Shown here: in pieces, positions 21,910 to 32,484 of the stretch | Layout: every line of letters starts with the position of its first letter | Position numbering within the stretch: the first letter of the stretch is position 1 | NCBI GenBank assembly: GCA_963815455.1 | Contig: CAWFGO010000002.1 | Location: 96,001-160,000, forward strand | DNA: 64,000 nt | Direction of reading: 5' to 3' | From: an uncultured Verrucomicrobiae bacterium | GTDB taxonomy: Bacteria > Verrucomicrobiota > Verrucomicrobiia > Chthoniobacterales > UBA10450 | Notes under the pieces: generated by a model | Databases searched by the model: none | Told to the model about the DNA's origin: nothing | The model's input: only the letters and a program-made list of their open reading frames with translations | Program-made: the position numbers and the translations under genes

Positions 21910-22975
21910 CTAGTGCGAGATGATAGCCTTCTCTTGAATCTTATCCGCATGCTCCGCGAACGCGTCGTGAAAAATGCGGGTGAGTTCCCGATCGTGTAAA
22001 ATAATCATATCCGTATCGTGTTTTTTGATATCATCGTTCTGCCACGCTTCGTTCCACCAACAAAAGCCAATCACCGCCGGCCAACGATTGGATAACAAAT
22101 CCTGAAGCGCCTCTTTCGTCCAATGCACAGCATCCACATGGCGATTATGCAGATCGCAACCGAACTCCGCGACGATCACGGGCTTACCCGACGCGATTTT
22201 CGTGAGCCGCGGATAGGCTTTGGACATCTTGAATCGGAAACTTTCGGTGCCATCGCCCATGGTCGGCGTAGTCGGACCGTAAACACTGAGCGCAACCCAA
22301 TCACAATAGCTTCCGCCCGGAAAATAATTCTCGAACGCGTTCCATTTTCGCTCGCGGCTCATCCCACCAGTTGACGTGCCAGATCCATTGCAAATTACTT
22401 GCGCCTTCCGCGCGCATGAGATCGACAATGTGCCGATAAGCGGAAACGTAACGGCGCGGTCCCTCGCCCGGGCCGCCATTCCATTTCCCGTTCCAACTGA
22501 ACCAATCTCCGTTCGGCTCAGTCCCCCATTCGATGAGAATTGGCGAACCAAATTTCTTCGCCTCCCTAGCCCACTCGCGAAGATCGACATCGAATTCGCC
22601 GTCGATGATCTTTTCCAGAGTGAATTTCTTCTCGGAACGCTTTTGATCGACACCGGAGCGCAACATTAGGCGCACATACGGAATCTTGCCGAGATCGCGG
22701 ATCCAGTGGCACATCGGTGCCGGAAATTTTCGCGATTCGAACCAATTATCGGAAAAATAAATCCAGGCGACATGTTGGCCGACCGCGTTCTCGTAACGCG
22801 CGACATCTGCCGGCGTGACATCATGCTCGGTCGGATCATGTTCGTCCGTGCCGGCGCCGCCCCAATAAAATCCGTGATAAAGTTTGCCCGGAGGCGGAGA
22901 GATGCGCAGCGGTTGTGCATAGGCCTGCGCGATACAGCAGAGCGCAAGCAACGATCGAATTAGCGATTCTTTCAT
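21910..22975 (-). CDS. Secreted GH26-like glycoside hydrolase (frameshift ~22350)
   Basis: Signal peptide; WGTEPNGDWFSW, YFPG..YCDWVALSVYG, KPVIVAEFG across two overlapping ORFs. Confidence 0.8.
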
Positions 22976-22981
22976 CCTTCT

Positions 22982-23053
22982 GTAGCGGCGGTCTCTGACC
23001 GTCGCTCGAAACCCCAGAAAGGAAACAGTACGACGGTCACAGATCGCCGCTAC
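22982..23053. repeat. Inverted GTAG REP pair (REPIN-like)
   Basis: gtagcggcggtctctgaccgtcg ... cgacggtcacagatcgccgctac. Confidence 0.88.
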
Positions 23054-23101
23054 AAATTCGCGGGTGGCTTGCGACGAATTCGTTTCGCGATAGCCTTAAA
23101 T

Positions 23102-23545
23102 ATGCACAAAAATGTCACGGGCAAGGATCTAACGAAGGAGTCGCCCCGCAGCCCGCGGATTCGGGTCGGCGGCTACGCGATTCTCGGCCGGACGATCGAC
23201 AAGTGTCGGGCATTAGTGGCCGGAAACATCGGCGAGTATCACTTCGATTGCCCGCTCGATAATACGCTGTTCGGGTTCAAAGGCGTCAAGGGCGCAGATT
23301 TCAAGGCCCAGATCGAGAACGGCGCAAGCGATCAGCAAATGGCCGAATGGCTCGACGCAAGCGGCGAGAAAAAGACGCCGGAGGAAATCAAACGCTGGGG
23401 CGAGCAGGCCGAAGCCGCGAGTCTCTACAACGAACCGGAGAAGCGCGAGTATTTCGTCGAGAGCTGCAAAAAACTCGGCCTCGATCCGGCCAAGACGACG
23501 ACGTTCGATTGGCTGGAAGCCGACGACAAAGCGAGCCACGAGTAA
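23102..23545 (+). CDS. DUF5069-like protein
   Basis: DLTKESPRSPR..LGRTIDKCRA..GEYHFDCPLD..F.F.G; ends FDWLEADD. Confidence 0.8.
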   Translation: MHKNVTGKDLTKESPRSPRIRVGGYAILGRTIDKCRALVAGNIGEYHFDCPLDNTLFGFKGVKGADFKAQIENGASDQQMAEWLDASGEKKTPEEIKRWGEQAEAASLYNEPEKREYFVESCKKLGLDPAKTTTFDWLEADDKASHE

Positions 23546-23569
23546 GCGGCGTAACCTGTCCTGTCGATC

Positions 23570-25192
23570 TTACGTCTTGATGATCGGCGGTGGAATGTCT
23601 TCGGTCGGACCGGCGTCAATACCGTGGCGAAGTTTGCTATGGCGCACGCTGTAGAGGAAGTAGATGGCCAACCCGATGGCGAGCCAAACGAAGAAACGAA
23701 TCCAAGTTTCGATTGGCAAACTGAGCATGAGCGCCGCGCACAAAAGGACGCCAACGATCGGAAATGTGGGCACCATCGGCACACGGAATGGTCGAGGACG
23801 GTTGCGATCTGTCCGGCGAAGCACGACCACGCCACAGCAGACGAGAACGAAAGCGAAGAGAGTTCCAATATTCGTTAGGTCAGCGAGCGAACCAATATCT
23901 GTAATCATCGCAACGCCTCCGACCGCAATGCCCGTCCAGATGGTGGTGATGTGCGGCGTGCGGAAGCGCGGATGAATTTTGGCAAAGTATTGCGGGAGCA
24001 AGCCGTCACGGGCCATCGCCATAAAGATGCGCGGCTGGCCGAGTTGAAAGACCAGCAATACGGAGGTGAGCCCAGCCAGCGCCCCTGCGCTGATGACCGC
24101 CTGCGCCCACGGCTTCGCCGCGAAAGCCGTCGCGACCGCGGCCGAATCACCAAGGTAAGCGGTGTACTTTTTCATCCCAGTGAGAACGCCTGACATCAGG
24201 ACGTAGAGGACGGTGCAAATGATCAGGCTGGCAATCATCCCGATCGGCAAATCGCGCTTCGGGTTTTTCGTCTCTTCGGCCGTGGTCGAGACGGCATCGA
24301 AGCCGATGAAAGCGAAAAAGACAATCGCGGCGCCGCTCATCACACCGCCAAAACCGCTCGGCATAAAAGGATGCCAGTTGGTCGGGTTGACCATGAAGGA
24401 GCCAAAGGCAATCACGAAAACGACCACGGCGAGCTTGATGATGACGATGGTCGTGTTGGCAGTCGCGCTCTCGCGAATGCCGTAGACCAGCAACACCGTC
24501 ACCCCCATGACGATGAGAAACGCGGGCAGGTTGAAAGCGATCGGATACCCCATGATGACGGGCAGCGTAGTGGAAGAATAATCGCTCAAGGCCGCCCCGC
24601 CCTTGGCGATGATGGTGCCGGCGGTCGTGTGATCGCTCACCAGCCAAAGCGGAAACTTGAGGTGCAACCCGAAAGGTAGATTGCCCAGCAGCTGCACAAA
24701 GTACCCGGACCACCCGACGGCGACGGCCATGTTGCCGACCGCGTATTCCAGAATCAAATCCCAGCCGATAATCCAGGCGATGATCTCGCCCAGCGTGGCG
24801 TAGGAATAAGTGTAGGCGGAACCTGAAACCGGGATCATGGCCGCCAGCTCGCTGTAACAGAGCGCTGCGAAACCGCAGGCAAAGGCCGCGACCACAAAGG
24901 AAAGGGCAACTGCCGGGCCCGCCGCAGGCCGGCCGAAAACAAGGTCGGTGTGATTGATATAAGCGATGATAAAATTGAGGACCGGCGTCTTCACAATCGA
25001 CTCCCCAACGTGCGCCGACTCGCCCGCCGCCGCCGTGCCGGCAAGCGCGAAAATTCCCGCGCCAATAATTGCGCCGATTCCGAGACAAGTGAGATCGAAC
25101 GCCGTCAGCGCACGCTTCATTTTGCGCTCGGGCGCTTCCGCCTCGCGCATGAGCAGCTCGGGACTTTTAGTTTTGAAAAGCGGAGACCCCAC
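23570..25192 (-). CDS. APC-family amino acid permease
   Basis: GIGAIIGAGIF, GSAYTYSY, FFAFIGFDAVST; many TM helices. Confidence 0.95.
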   Translation of the reverse strand: MGSPLFKTKSPELLMREAEAPERKMKRALTAFDLTCLGIGAIIGAGIFALAGTAAAGESAHVGESIVKTPVLNFIIAYINHTDLVFGRPAAGPAVALSFVVAAFACGFAALCYSELAAMIPVSGSAYTYSYATLGEIIAWIIGWDLILEYAVGNMAVAVGWSGYFVQLLGNLPFGLHLKFPLWLVSDHTTAGTIIAKGGAALSDYSSTTLPVIMGYPIAFNLPAFLIVMGVTVLLVYGIRESATANTTIVIIKLAVVVFVIAFGSFMVNPTNWHPFMPSGFGGVMSGAAIVFFAFIGFDAVSTTAEETKNPKRDLPIGMIASLIICTVLYVLMSGVLTGMKKYTAYLGDSAAVATAFAAKPWAQAVISAGALAGLTSVLLVFQLGQPRIFMAMARDGLLPQYFAKIHPRFRTPHITTIWTGIAVGGVAMITDIGSLADLTNIGTLFAFVLVCCGVVVLRRTDRNRPRPFRVPMVPTFPIVGVLLCAALMLSLPIETWIRFFVWLAIGLAIYFLYSVRHSKLRHGIDAGPTEDIPPPIIKT

Positions 25193-25274
25193 GTCGGCGG
25201 GTATGGTGTCATCGAGCCCTCCGCGCGGTCAATCCAAAGTTTCGATGGCGCAAATTAAGCTCCCTTGGATCGAC

Positions 25275-25487
25275 ATGTTTGGGCTAAGCGGGGCCAGTTT
25301 AATCGGCGGTTTGATCTTTGGCTCAGTCGGCTTTGTCGCATTCGTTTACGGGAAGCGAATGAACCTTTGGAAAATGATGCTCTGCGGACTCGCTCTCATG
25401 ATCTATCCCTATTTCGTCGAAAACATGTCGATCGCGTTCGCCATCGGAGCCGCCGGCACCGTGGCCCTTTTCTTTCTGCGCGATTAA
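25275..25487 (+). CDS. Small membrane protein
   Basis: Three hydrophobic segments; FGSVGFVAFVYGKR..LMIYPYFV. Confidence 0.7.
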   Translation: MFGLSGASLIGGLIFGSVGFVAFVYGKRMNLWKMMLCGLALMIYPYFVENMSIAFAIGAAGTVALFFLRD

Positions 25488-25556
25488 CCTAAATCGCCGG
25501 CCAGGATACAAAGGTTCCGAATAGACGTTCGGGCGCGGCTTTCCTAAGCTCGGGCA

Positions 25557-26747
25557 ATGGGTGATGATTTCAGCAAGCTCGTTTTAGGCGATACGGCGAT
25601 CTCAGCCGTTGAACGCTCGACTTCGCCTCGACGCTTTTTCGGCCGCCGAAAAAAGGAACAACCGCCTTTGACCCAATGCGAAAATTGCGGCGCCCAGTTG
25701 CATGGCCAGTATTGCGGACAATGCGGGCAGCCGGCTATCGATTATCGCCGTTCCTTCGGGCACGTGCTGGTCGATGTTCTAAACGAATTTCTCAACTGGG
25801 ACTCCAAATTCTTCGCCACAATCGGGCTGCTTGTCGCGAAGCCGTGGCGACTAACGAACGATTTTCTGGCCGGACACCGCGTCCGTTACGTGCATCCGCT
25901 TCGGCTTTACCTGCTGGCGAGCATCATCTTTTTCTTCGCCATCAATTACTGGGCGAAATCGATTCCTTCAACCAAATTAACTTCGGCCGAGCGCGCCGAG
26001 ATCGCAGCCGATCTGAAGAAAGAGAATCTCACCGCTGACCAGCGCGCCAAGATCGAACAAGCTTTGAGCCTTCCCAATGTTCCGCCCGACGTTGCCGCTT
26101 CCGTTCGGAAAGGCATCGAGGAAAAGAGGACCAAAGCCAACGGAAGTTCGATTCCCGCGGCAACGAGTTCGCCGCAGCCAACAAGCACTGCGGAAGCAAC
26201 TCCGGTTGAGACATCGGCCGATAAATCCGCGCACGATCGACCATTTTTGCAATTCGGCGGCGACAAGGAACCAAAGGATCGGCTTGGAAAGTGGTTAAAG
26301 GCTCGGGCCAAGGAAAAAATCGGCGAGCACGGAAGCAATGCCCAGTTATTTCTTCGAACGCTGATCAGCAATCTTCCTTACATGGTGCTGTGCTGCATCC
26401 CGCTTTTCGCTTTCGTCTTAAAGATCCTCTACGTCCGCAAAAAGATCTTTTACATCGATCATCTGATTTACGCGCTGCATATCCATACCTTTGCCTATCT
26501 CGCCGTGATGTTGATCATTCTGGCCACGATCGGTCTCAATCACTCAATGCCCGGCACTCTGACAGGATGGATTATCGCGGTGCTGTGGATAACATTCGCG
26601 GTCCAAATCTTTCTGTCGATTCGACGCGTTTATCGCCAAGGCTGGTTCTTCACCATCTTCAAGTTCTTCCTGGGCGGGTTCGTATACCTGATTGTTCTTC
26701 TATTCGCGCTGACCACGACTTTCTTCATCACCTTGGCTCTGCCGTAG
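25557..26747 (+). CDS. DUF3667 domain membrane protein
   Basis: CENCG..YCGQCGQ zinc ribbon, RVRYVHPLRLYL, C-terminal TMs. Confidence 0.88.
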   Translation: MGDDFSKLVLGDTAISAVERSTSPRRFFGRRKKEQPPLTQCENCGAQLHGQYCGQCGQPAIDYRRSFGHVLVDVLNEFLNWDSKFFATIGLLVAKPWRLTNDFLAGHRVRYVHPLRLYLLASIIFFFAINYWAKSIPSTKLTSAERAEIAADLKKENLTADQRAKIEQALSLPNVPPDVAASVRKGIEEKRTKANGSSIPAATSSPQPTSTAEATPVETSADKSAHDRPFLQFGGDKEPKDRLGKWLKARAKEKIGEHGSNAQLFLRTLISNLPYMVLCCIPLFAFVLKILYVRKKIFYIDHLIYALHIHTFAYLAVMLIILATIGLNHSMPGTLTGWIIAVLWITFAVQIFLSIRRVYRQGWFFTIFKFFLGGFVYLIVLLFALTTTFFITLALP

Positions 26748-26754
26748 GAATTTC

Positions 26755-26837
26755 TGTCATCCTGAGCCGAGTCGAAGGATCCCGCGGAATTCACCGTCAG
26801 CGTTTTAACGAATTGCCTCGACCGCTTGGTTGTGACA
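26755..26837. repeat. Degenerate GTCAT-family element between convergent genes
   Basis: tgtcatcctgagccgagtcgaaggatccc...tgtgaca. Confidence 0.75.
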
Positions 26838-26842
26838 ATGCG

Positions 26843-29800
26843 CTAGCTCAGTAATCTTCTTGCTTCCGCCAACGCGATGTCGATCTTGCTCGCGTCCTTG
26901 CCCGCGCCTTGCGCATTTTCCGGACGCCCCCCGCCCTTCCCGCCGACGATGGGTGCGATCTGTTGAATCAATTTGTTCGCCTGAACTTTCGCGGTCATTT
27001 CTTTCGGAACGGATGCGATTAATGCGACGGATTCTCCATTCGAACCGGCAAGAAATATTGGACCGGTAAACTTCGATTTCATCGCGTCCACAATAGCCTG
27101 AAGCAACTTCGAATCTGCGTCCGGCACCTGGGCCACGCAGAAATCCTTGTGCCCGGCGATAAGCTCGTTTGCGATTTGCACAGCCCGTCCCTGCAACTCG
27201 GCTCCCGCCGTTTTCGCAGCTTTCTTTTCCCACTCGCGAACATCGACATCGATCCTTTCCAAATGCGCCGCGCGCGCGGCGATCTGTTTCAACATCTCCA
27301 ACGTTTCCGCTTTCTCCGAAAAGATTGGCAATGCCGCGACATCCGATTTTTTGCGCACCAGCATTTCGAATTTTTCCTGCTGACGAGTTGCCTCCTCCAT
27401 GGCCCAGTGACGCGATGCTTCGCCCGCCACGGCTTCGATACGACGGACTCCCGCCGCGATTGCTTCTTCCTTTACGATCCGGAACGAACCTATCTCGCTT
27501 GTCGATCTTACGTGAGTGCCGCCACATAGCTCCATCGAATACCCGTTCAACTCGCGCGGTGTCCCGCCGATTTGCAAGACCCGCACCGTATCGCCGTATT
27601 TCTCACCAAAGAACTGAATGATGTCTTTGCGCTGCTTCGCGTCCGCGTACGGAATTTCCGCCCACGAGACCGAAGCATTTTCCCCAATCTTCTCATTCAC
27701 CAATGTTTCCACATCGCGCACCTGCTGTTTCGTCAGCGCCGCGCTCGAGAAATCGAACGTCAGCTTGTCCGGTCCGACGTAACTCCCTTTTTGCGAAGCG
27801 TCGCGCGAAACGACTTCATGCAGCGCCCAATGCAATAAATGCGTGACGGTGTGATGCCCCTGAATCGCGCGTCGGCGATCCACATCGACCGAAACACGCA
27901 CGGCCTCGCCCGGTTCGGGGGCGCGCCCTTGCGTCAGCATCGTGCGATGAATAAAAACATCACCGCGCTTCTGCGTATCGGTAACGCGAAGCTGGCCGAC
28001 CTCTGTGCGATCATGTCCGGGAACATGAAGCAACCCTCGATCGCCAACTTGTCCGCCCATTTCGGCATACAGAGGTGTTCGATCGAGAACGACATTTAGT
28101 TCGCCCGGTTTCTTGCCCGGCAGAACGGCTTCAACCACAGCCTCCGCCTCGAAAAAATCGAACCCAAGAAATCTGGTCGGTGCGGCCTGCAACTCCCCCT
28201 CTTCCACACTGATCTTCTCTTTCTTCTGCGCTTTGCGCGCCCGCTCACGCTGTTGCTCCATTAGCTTTTCGAAGCCGGGAACATCGACAGTTAGTCCACG
28301 CTCGCGCGCTATCAGCTCGGTCAGGTCGAGCGGAAAACCGTAGGTATCGTAAAGTTTGAAGGCGACCTCGCCGGAGATATGGCGCGCATCGGGCATCCCT
28401 TTTTCTCGACGAGCTTCCGAATTATCCAACGCTTCCGATTCACTCCCTGGATGGGGAGCGCGAGCATGTTGCTCGCTCTGGCCGGCATGCTGCCGGCCAG
28501 TCTCTCCACGCTGGGCCCATTCCCAGACCCACGGATAAGGCTCATCCGCTCCCACCAGATTCTCCGTCCACGGATTGCGGCAGATATAGAGAAACTTCTC
28601 CTCCACATCCTGATCGGAGCGCATCAGCCGGTCGTGATATTCATTCTCCCAAACCTGCCACCCTTTCTTGTCCTCTAATTTATTGATTTCCCGTGCGCTG
28701 AACGACTTAATCGAATGCATCAACTCGGGCAGTGACCAGAAGACGGGTTTCTCCCCATCGTCATCCGTTTTGGGAAACGGTTGAAAGAGAATGTGAACGT
28801 GATCGGGCATCACGCAGGTTGCGAAGAGGTCGTAGCGTTTCTGATCGAAATTGGCCACGGCGTTCAACGTGATCGTCCGTGCTTCAGGAGAGAGAACACG
28901 ATGTTTGCGAGTTGAAAACGTCACGTGATAAATGCCGTGGGGACGCTCGTAGTGAGGTAAACGGCGTTTCGAATATCTCCCGCCGTGCGGCCCATCCGGC
29001 AACATGCCGGATGGAGCGGGCAGAATGCCCGCGCTCCCCGACGCGCTGCCCGCGCCCGTCAACCGCGCGATTTCGCGCTCGAACAGCTCGATCCCTTTGT
29101 CCAGCGTCTTGTTAAACGCTTCTTCCTCGCGCTTAATCGTTTCTTTGATGTGCGTCTGTTTCGCGCGGACCTCGGGAAAAACGTCACCCATGGTTTTCGC
29201 GACTACATCGACAAGCTCGAAAAGGAACGGCTCATGAAAATCGAGCGTGCGACCGTAACGGACTGCGCGGCGCAGAATGCGCCGCGAAACGTAACCGCGC
29301 CCTTCGTTTGACGGAATGATTCCATCGGCAATGGCGAAGCTTAGTGTGCGAATGTGATCGGCGATCACGCGGAAGGCGATGTCTACGGAGAGTTGAGGGT
29401 TGAGAGTTGAGGGTTGAGGGTCGTTTTTCGGTAGCGTGCTCGCGTATTTTTTGCCGCTGAGTTTCTCCAGCTCATCGAAAATCGGACGGAAAACGTCGGT
29501 CTCGTAGTTTGAGACTGTGCCTGCGAAATCCGTAAGATTTTTTGTGCCTTGAATGATCGCTGTGACGCGCTCGAAACCCATGCCGGTATCGACGTGGCGG
29601 GCTGCGAGCGGCACGTACTCGATCCGGCCGGGGTCGGCGCCCCCGGCTACAGGTTGGGCATTGAACTGAATGAACACGAGGTTCCAAATCTCGATGCAGC
29701 GAGGATCGCCTTTGTTTACGAGCGCGCCGCGGGTATCGCCGTCGGGTGTAAGATCGACATGTACTTCCGAACATGGCCCGCACGGGCCGGTGTCGCCCAT

Positions 29801-30323
29801 CATCCAGAAATTGTCGGCTTTGTTTCCGTTTACGATATGAACGGCTGGATCGAGATCGGCTTCACGAAATAATTTCTCCCAATGATCGTGGGCTTCCTGG
29901 TCGAACTCGCTCGGTTCGCCGGGCCCAGGTTTGTAAACCGTGGCGTAAAGCCGTTGGGCAGGAAATTTCCAGCGATTGACGAGTAATTCCCAGGCCCATT
30001 CGATCGCCTCTTTCTTGAAATAATCGCCGAAGCTCCAATTGCCCAGCATCTCGAAAGAACGTGTGGTGATACGTGTCGAGCCCGACGTCTTCGAGGTCGT
30101 TATGCTTGCCCCCGGCCCGGATGCACTTTTGCGTGTCGGCAACCCGCGCCGGACGCCAGGACGGCTTCTGTTGCCCGAGAAAAATGGGCACGAACTGGTT
30201 CATGCCGGCGTTGGTGAAAAGCAGGTTGGGTGCATCCGGCAGCAACGAAGACGACGGCACGATGGTGTGCTGTTTCTCGCGAAAGAAATCGAGAAAGGAT
30301 TGTCGGATCTCGGCGCTGGTCAT
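26843..30323 (-). CDS. alaS: Alanine--tRNA ligase with in-frame RAYT insertion (one frameshift ~30055)
   Basis: [69 protein letters not shown]. Confidence 0.96.
28453..29039 (-). mobile_element. REP-flanked HUH/Y1 (RAYT-type) transposase element in frame in alaS
   Basis: [18 protein letters not shown] (HUH), [25 protein letters not shown]; inverted double-hairpin ends at 28453-28500 and 28992-29039. Confidence 0.9.
29388..29420. repeat. 7-bp tandem repeats in frame in alaS ([10 protein letters not shown])
   Basis: gagagttgagggttgagagttgagggttgaggg. Confidence 0.75.
29626..29650 (-). repeat. Single GTAG REP in frame in the alaS catalytic domain
   Basis: GTAG-CCGGGG-gcgccga-CCCCGG encodes VAGGADPG. 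Confidence 0.7.
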
Positions 30324-30331
30324 TACAGGAG

Positions 30332-30380
30332 GTGGCATGGGCTTCCAGCCCATGTCTCATCGGCAAGATGCCGATGCCAC
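30332..30380. repeat. GTGG REP pair just upstream of alaS
   Basis: gtggcatgggcttccagcccatg-tct-catcggcaagatgccgatgccac. Confidence 0.85.
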
Positions 30381-30389
30381 GCGATGCTT

Positions 30390-31094
30390 TCAACCGCAGA
30401 TGTAACGATACCGCAAAGGCTGATAACCCGCGGCGATCATTTGGTTCACATTGCGCACCGACGCCAGGGTCCTGCTAAACGGCGCCGCTTCGTAGAAGAG
30501 CGCACGGATTCTCTTGTTATCGAGCCACTTTACAAACATGACGACATGGCCACCCCGCAGATTCATGATGTCCGCAGGTTTAAGCGCGGCGGCCGAGGAA
30601 AGTTTGAGGCAAACTTCGCTCAGGGAATAGGTCGAATAGCGATTCTGCAATCTCCAACATCGACAGATGAATCCCGAACAATCGATGCCAACCGCGGTAT
30701 CGCTGACCCCCGCGCCATCGAGCCGGCGTTTTTCCGGCGTGTAGATATCGCCGGCGGCTTTGCCCGCTTTGATTCCGGCATCGAAACTCGCCGGCGTATC
30801 GAGTCCTCCCCATTTGTAAGCGACGCCGATGTTTTCACAATCGACCTGCCAACACTGGGACAAAGGAAAGCCGCGAGCACCGTCGCGATCTGGCGTATGC
30901 ACCTCTATCCCATTTTCGTCTTTACCGTGCAGCAAATTCTTCGCTGACCCTTGCCAGCGATGTTTAATGTAAGACTCGGCAATGCGAAGTGCTTCTGCTC
31001 GCGTCACTGTCTGAGCGCTCACCAGCGAACAAAGCGCGAAAAAGAAGATCAAGGAAAGCACGTATCCGTGGAGAGTTTTCGGTCTCGGCCTCAT
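30390..31094 (-). CDS. Secreted NlpC/P60-like cysteine hydrolase
   Basis: Signal peptide; AYKWGG, GIDCSGFI, GGHVVMF. Confidence 0.7.
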   Translation of the reverse strand: MRPRPKTLHGYVLSLIFFFALCSLVSAQTVTRAEALRIAESYIKHRWQGSAKNLLHGKDENGIEVHTPDRDGARGFPLSQCWQVDCENIGVAYKWGGLDTPASFDAGIKAGKAAGDIYTPEKRRLDGAGVSDTAVGIDCSGFICRCWRLQNRYSTYSLSEVCLKLSSAAALKPADIMNLRGGHVVMFVKWLDNKRIRALFYEAAPFSRTLASVRNVNQMIAAGYQPLRYRYICG

Positions 31095-31326
31095 TTCCGT
31101 AATTGGACTTCCTTGGTCATTCGTCATTAGATCTTCGTCATTGTAACTCATTGTTGATCCTAATTGCGGTGAAGTTTCACGAGAGCGCGAAGATTTCCAA
31201 ATGGAAATGTGCGTCGGGCCGCGTGATGTGCCCGTGAGGGCGTCCTGAATCCGAACGAAGACCAACACCTTGATGCAGCTCAAGTGGCGTTATTTGGCCA
31301 AGAGCTTCGACAGGACAGACGGAATT

Positions 31327-32484
31327 TCAGAAATTGTGCGTGTAGCTGATAATCAGCTGCCAGTCAGCAATCGTTGCGATTCCTGGCCCTGGAAGAGTGC
31401 CGGTTCTTCGAAATGGCACGCTCCTGTCAGCGTGACGGTGGAAAGCGATCGGCACAAAGACCGACAAAGAGTCTTTGGCGTTCGACCAAGCCACTCCGGG
31501 TTCAAATGAAAATGAATTTCCAGGAAATCGCCAACCGTCACTGGCCCCAATGGCGTCATATACGGGAACACCTTCCCATCTCACCCCCGCACTGGCTGAG
31601 ACTCCTTTCGAGGGCCAGATTGCCTGTGAAACGCCCATCCGCGCGAGCCACTGGTCCGCGATGGAGTTATACTTCAGACCTTTATAGCCGCCGGCCGTTA
31701 GTGGCGGCTCATCGGCGAAATCAGTCTGGACGTCGCTCATCTCCTCAGGGTTAAAGAGATAGATAACGTCGGCGTACGCGAACGTGTTTTTGAACCAGTC
31801 CGAATAAGGCAGATTTGGAAAATACAATCGGCTGAACGCGTGCGTGGCCAAAGTGACGCCCCAGCCGCCGTCTGCCGGTTGGATCGCAATGCTGACCGGC
31901 CGCAAAACTTTTCCGGTGGCGCGGTAGGAATAATCCGACGCATCGTCCACTCCGACTGGAATCTTGATTCCCAACCCGAAAGAAATGTTTCGATCGGGGG
32001 ATTTTTTCGGATCGAGCAACCAATAGTCGGCGTGAATCCTCGGGTCGCCCATTCCGCCAGCCCGCATGGTATGGAGTTGGCGCGACATGAAATCATGCTC
32101 GATCCATGTCTTACGCGTTCCGTACTGAAAAGGGATTTCGAGAGTAAAACTTAGCCCGTCGGTCGCCGCGTATGTAGCCGTGACATCAAACCCGTAGAAG
32201 TGAGTGTTGGCGTAGACAAATGCGGGATTTAATGGTTCATCCCCGCGCACATCCTCTCGCGAGTTGTAATATCGAAACGCAACCGACGCGGACCAGTGTC
32301 CCGCTGATAAAACTGTGCCATCGGCATTAACGCCCAAACTGGGCGTTACTAAATGCGTGCAGACTCACCCTTGGGATAAGAGCTTGGGCGCAGACATCCA
32401 GAAAGCGGACATCGCGGCAAAAGCACCCAACCTAAGCCGCACCCGCCGCGAACTTGCAGAGCTTCTTCTGAAAATGAGCGGCAT
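31327..32484 (-). CDS. Putative outer-membrane beta-barrel protein with in-frame UGA (candidate selenocysteine) at codon 40
   Basis: ATG 32484, signal-peptide-like segment ..LLS/QG, TGA 32367-32365, then open frame to C-terminal YTHNF; amphipathic strands. Confidence 0.7.
32324..32356 (-). promoter_or_regulatory. Putative bacterial SECIS hairpin
   Basis: TAACGCCCA-GTT-TGGGCGTTA stem; loop G preceded by 25 nt after the UGA. Confidence 0.6.

Noticed and set aside
28379..29059. Intein or IStron explanation for the alaS insert
   Set aside because: No C-terminal HN-(C/S/T) splice junction or Hint motifs, and no room for a group I intron core; the insert is only REP ends plus the Y1 domain.
30050..30062. 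alaS frameshift as programmed frameshifting or pseudogenisation
   Set aside because: One extra T in a short run in an essential gene. Similar single-base indels at ~12891, ~15376, ~22350 and ~63490 point to sequencing consensus errors.
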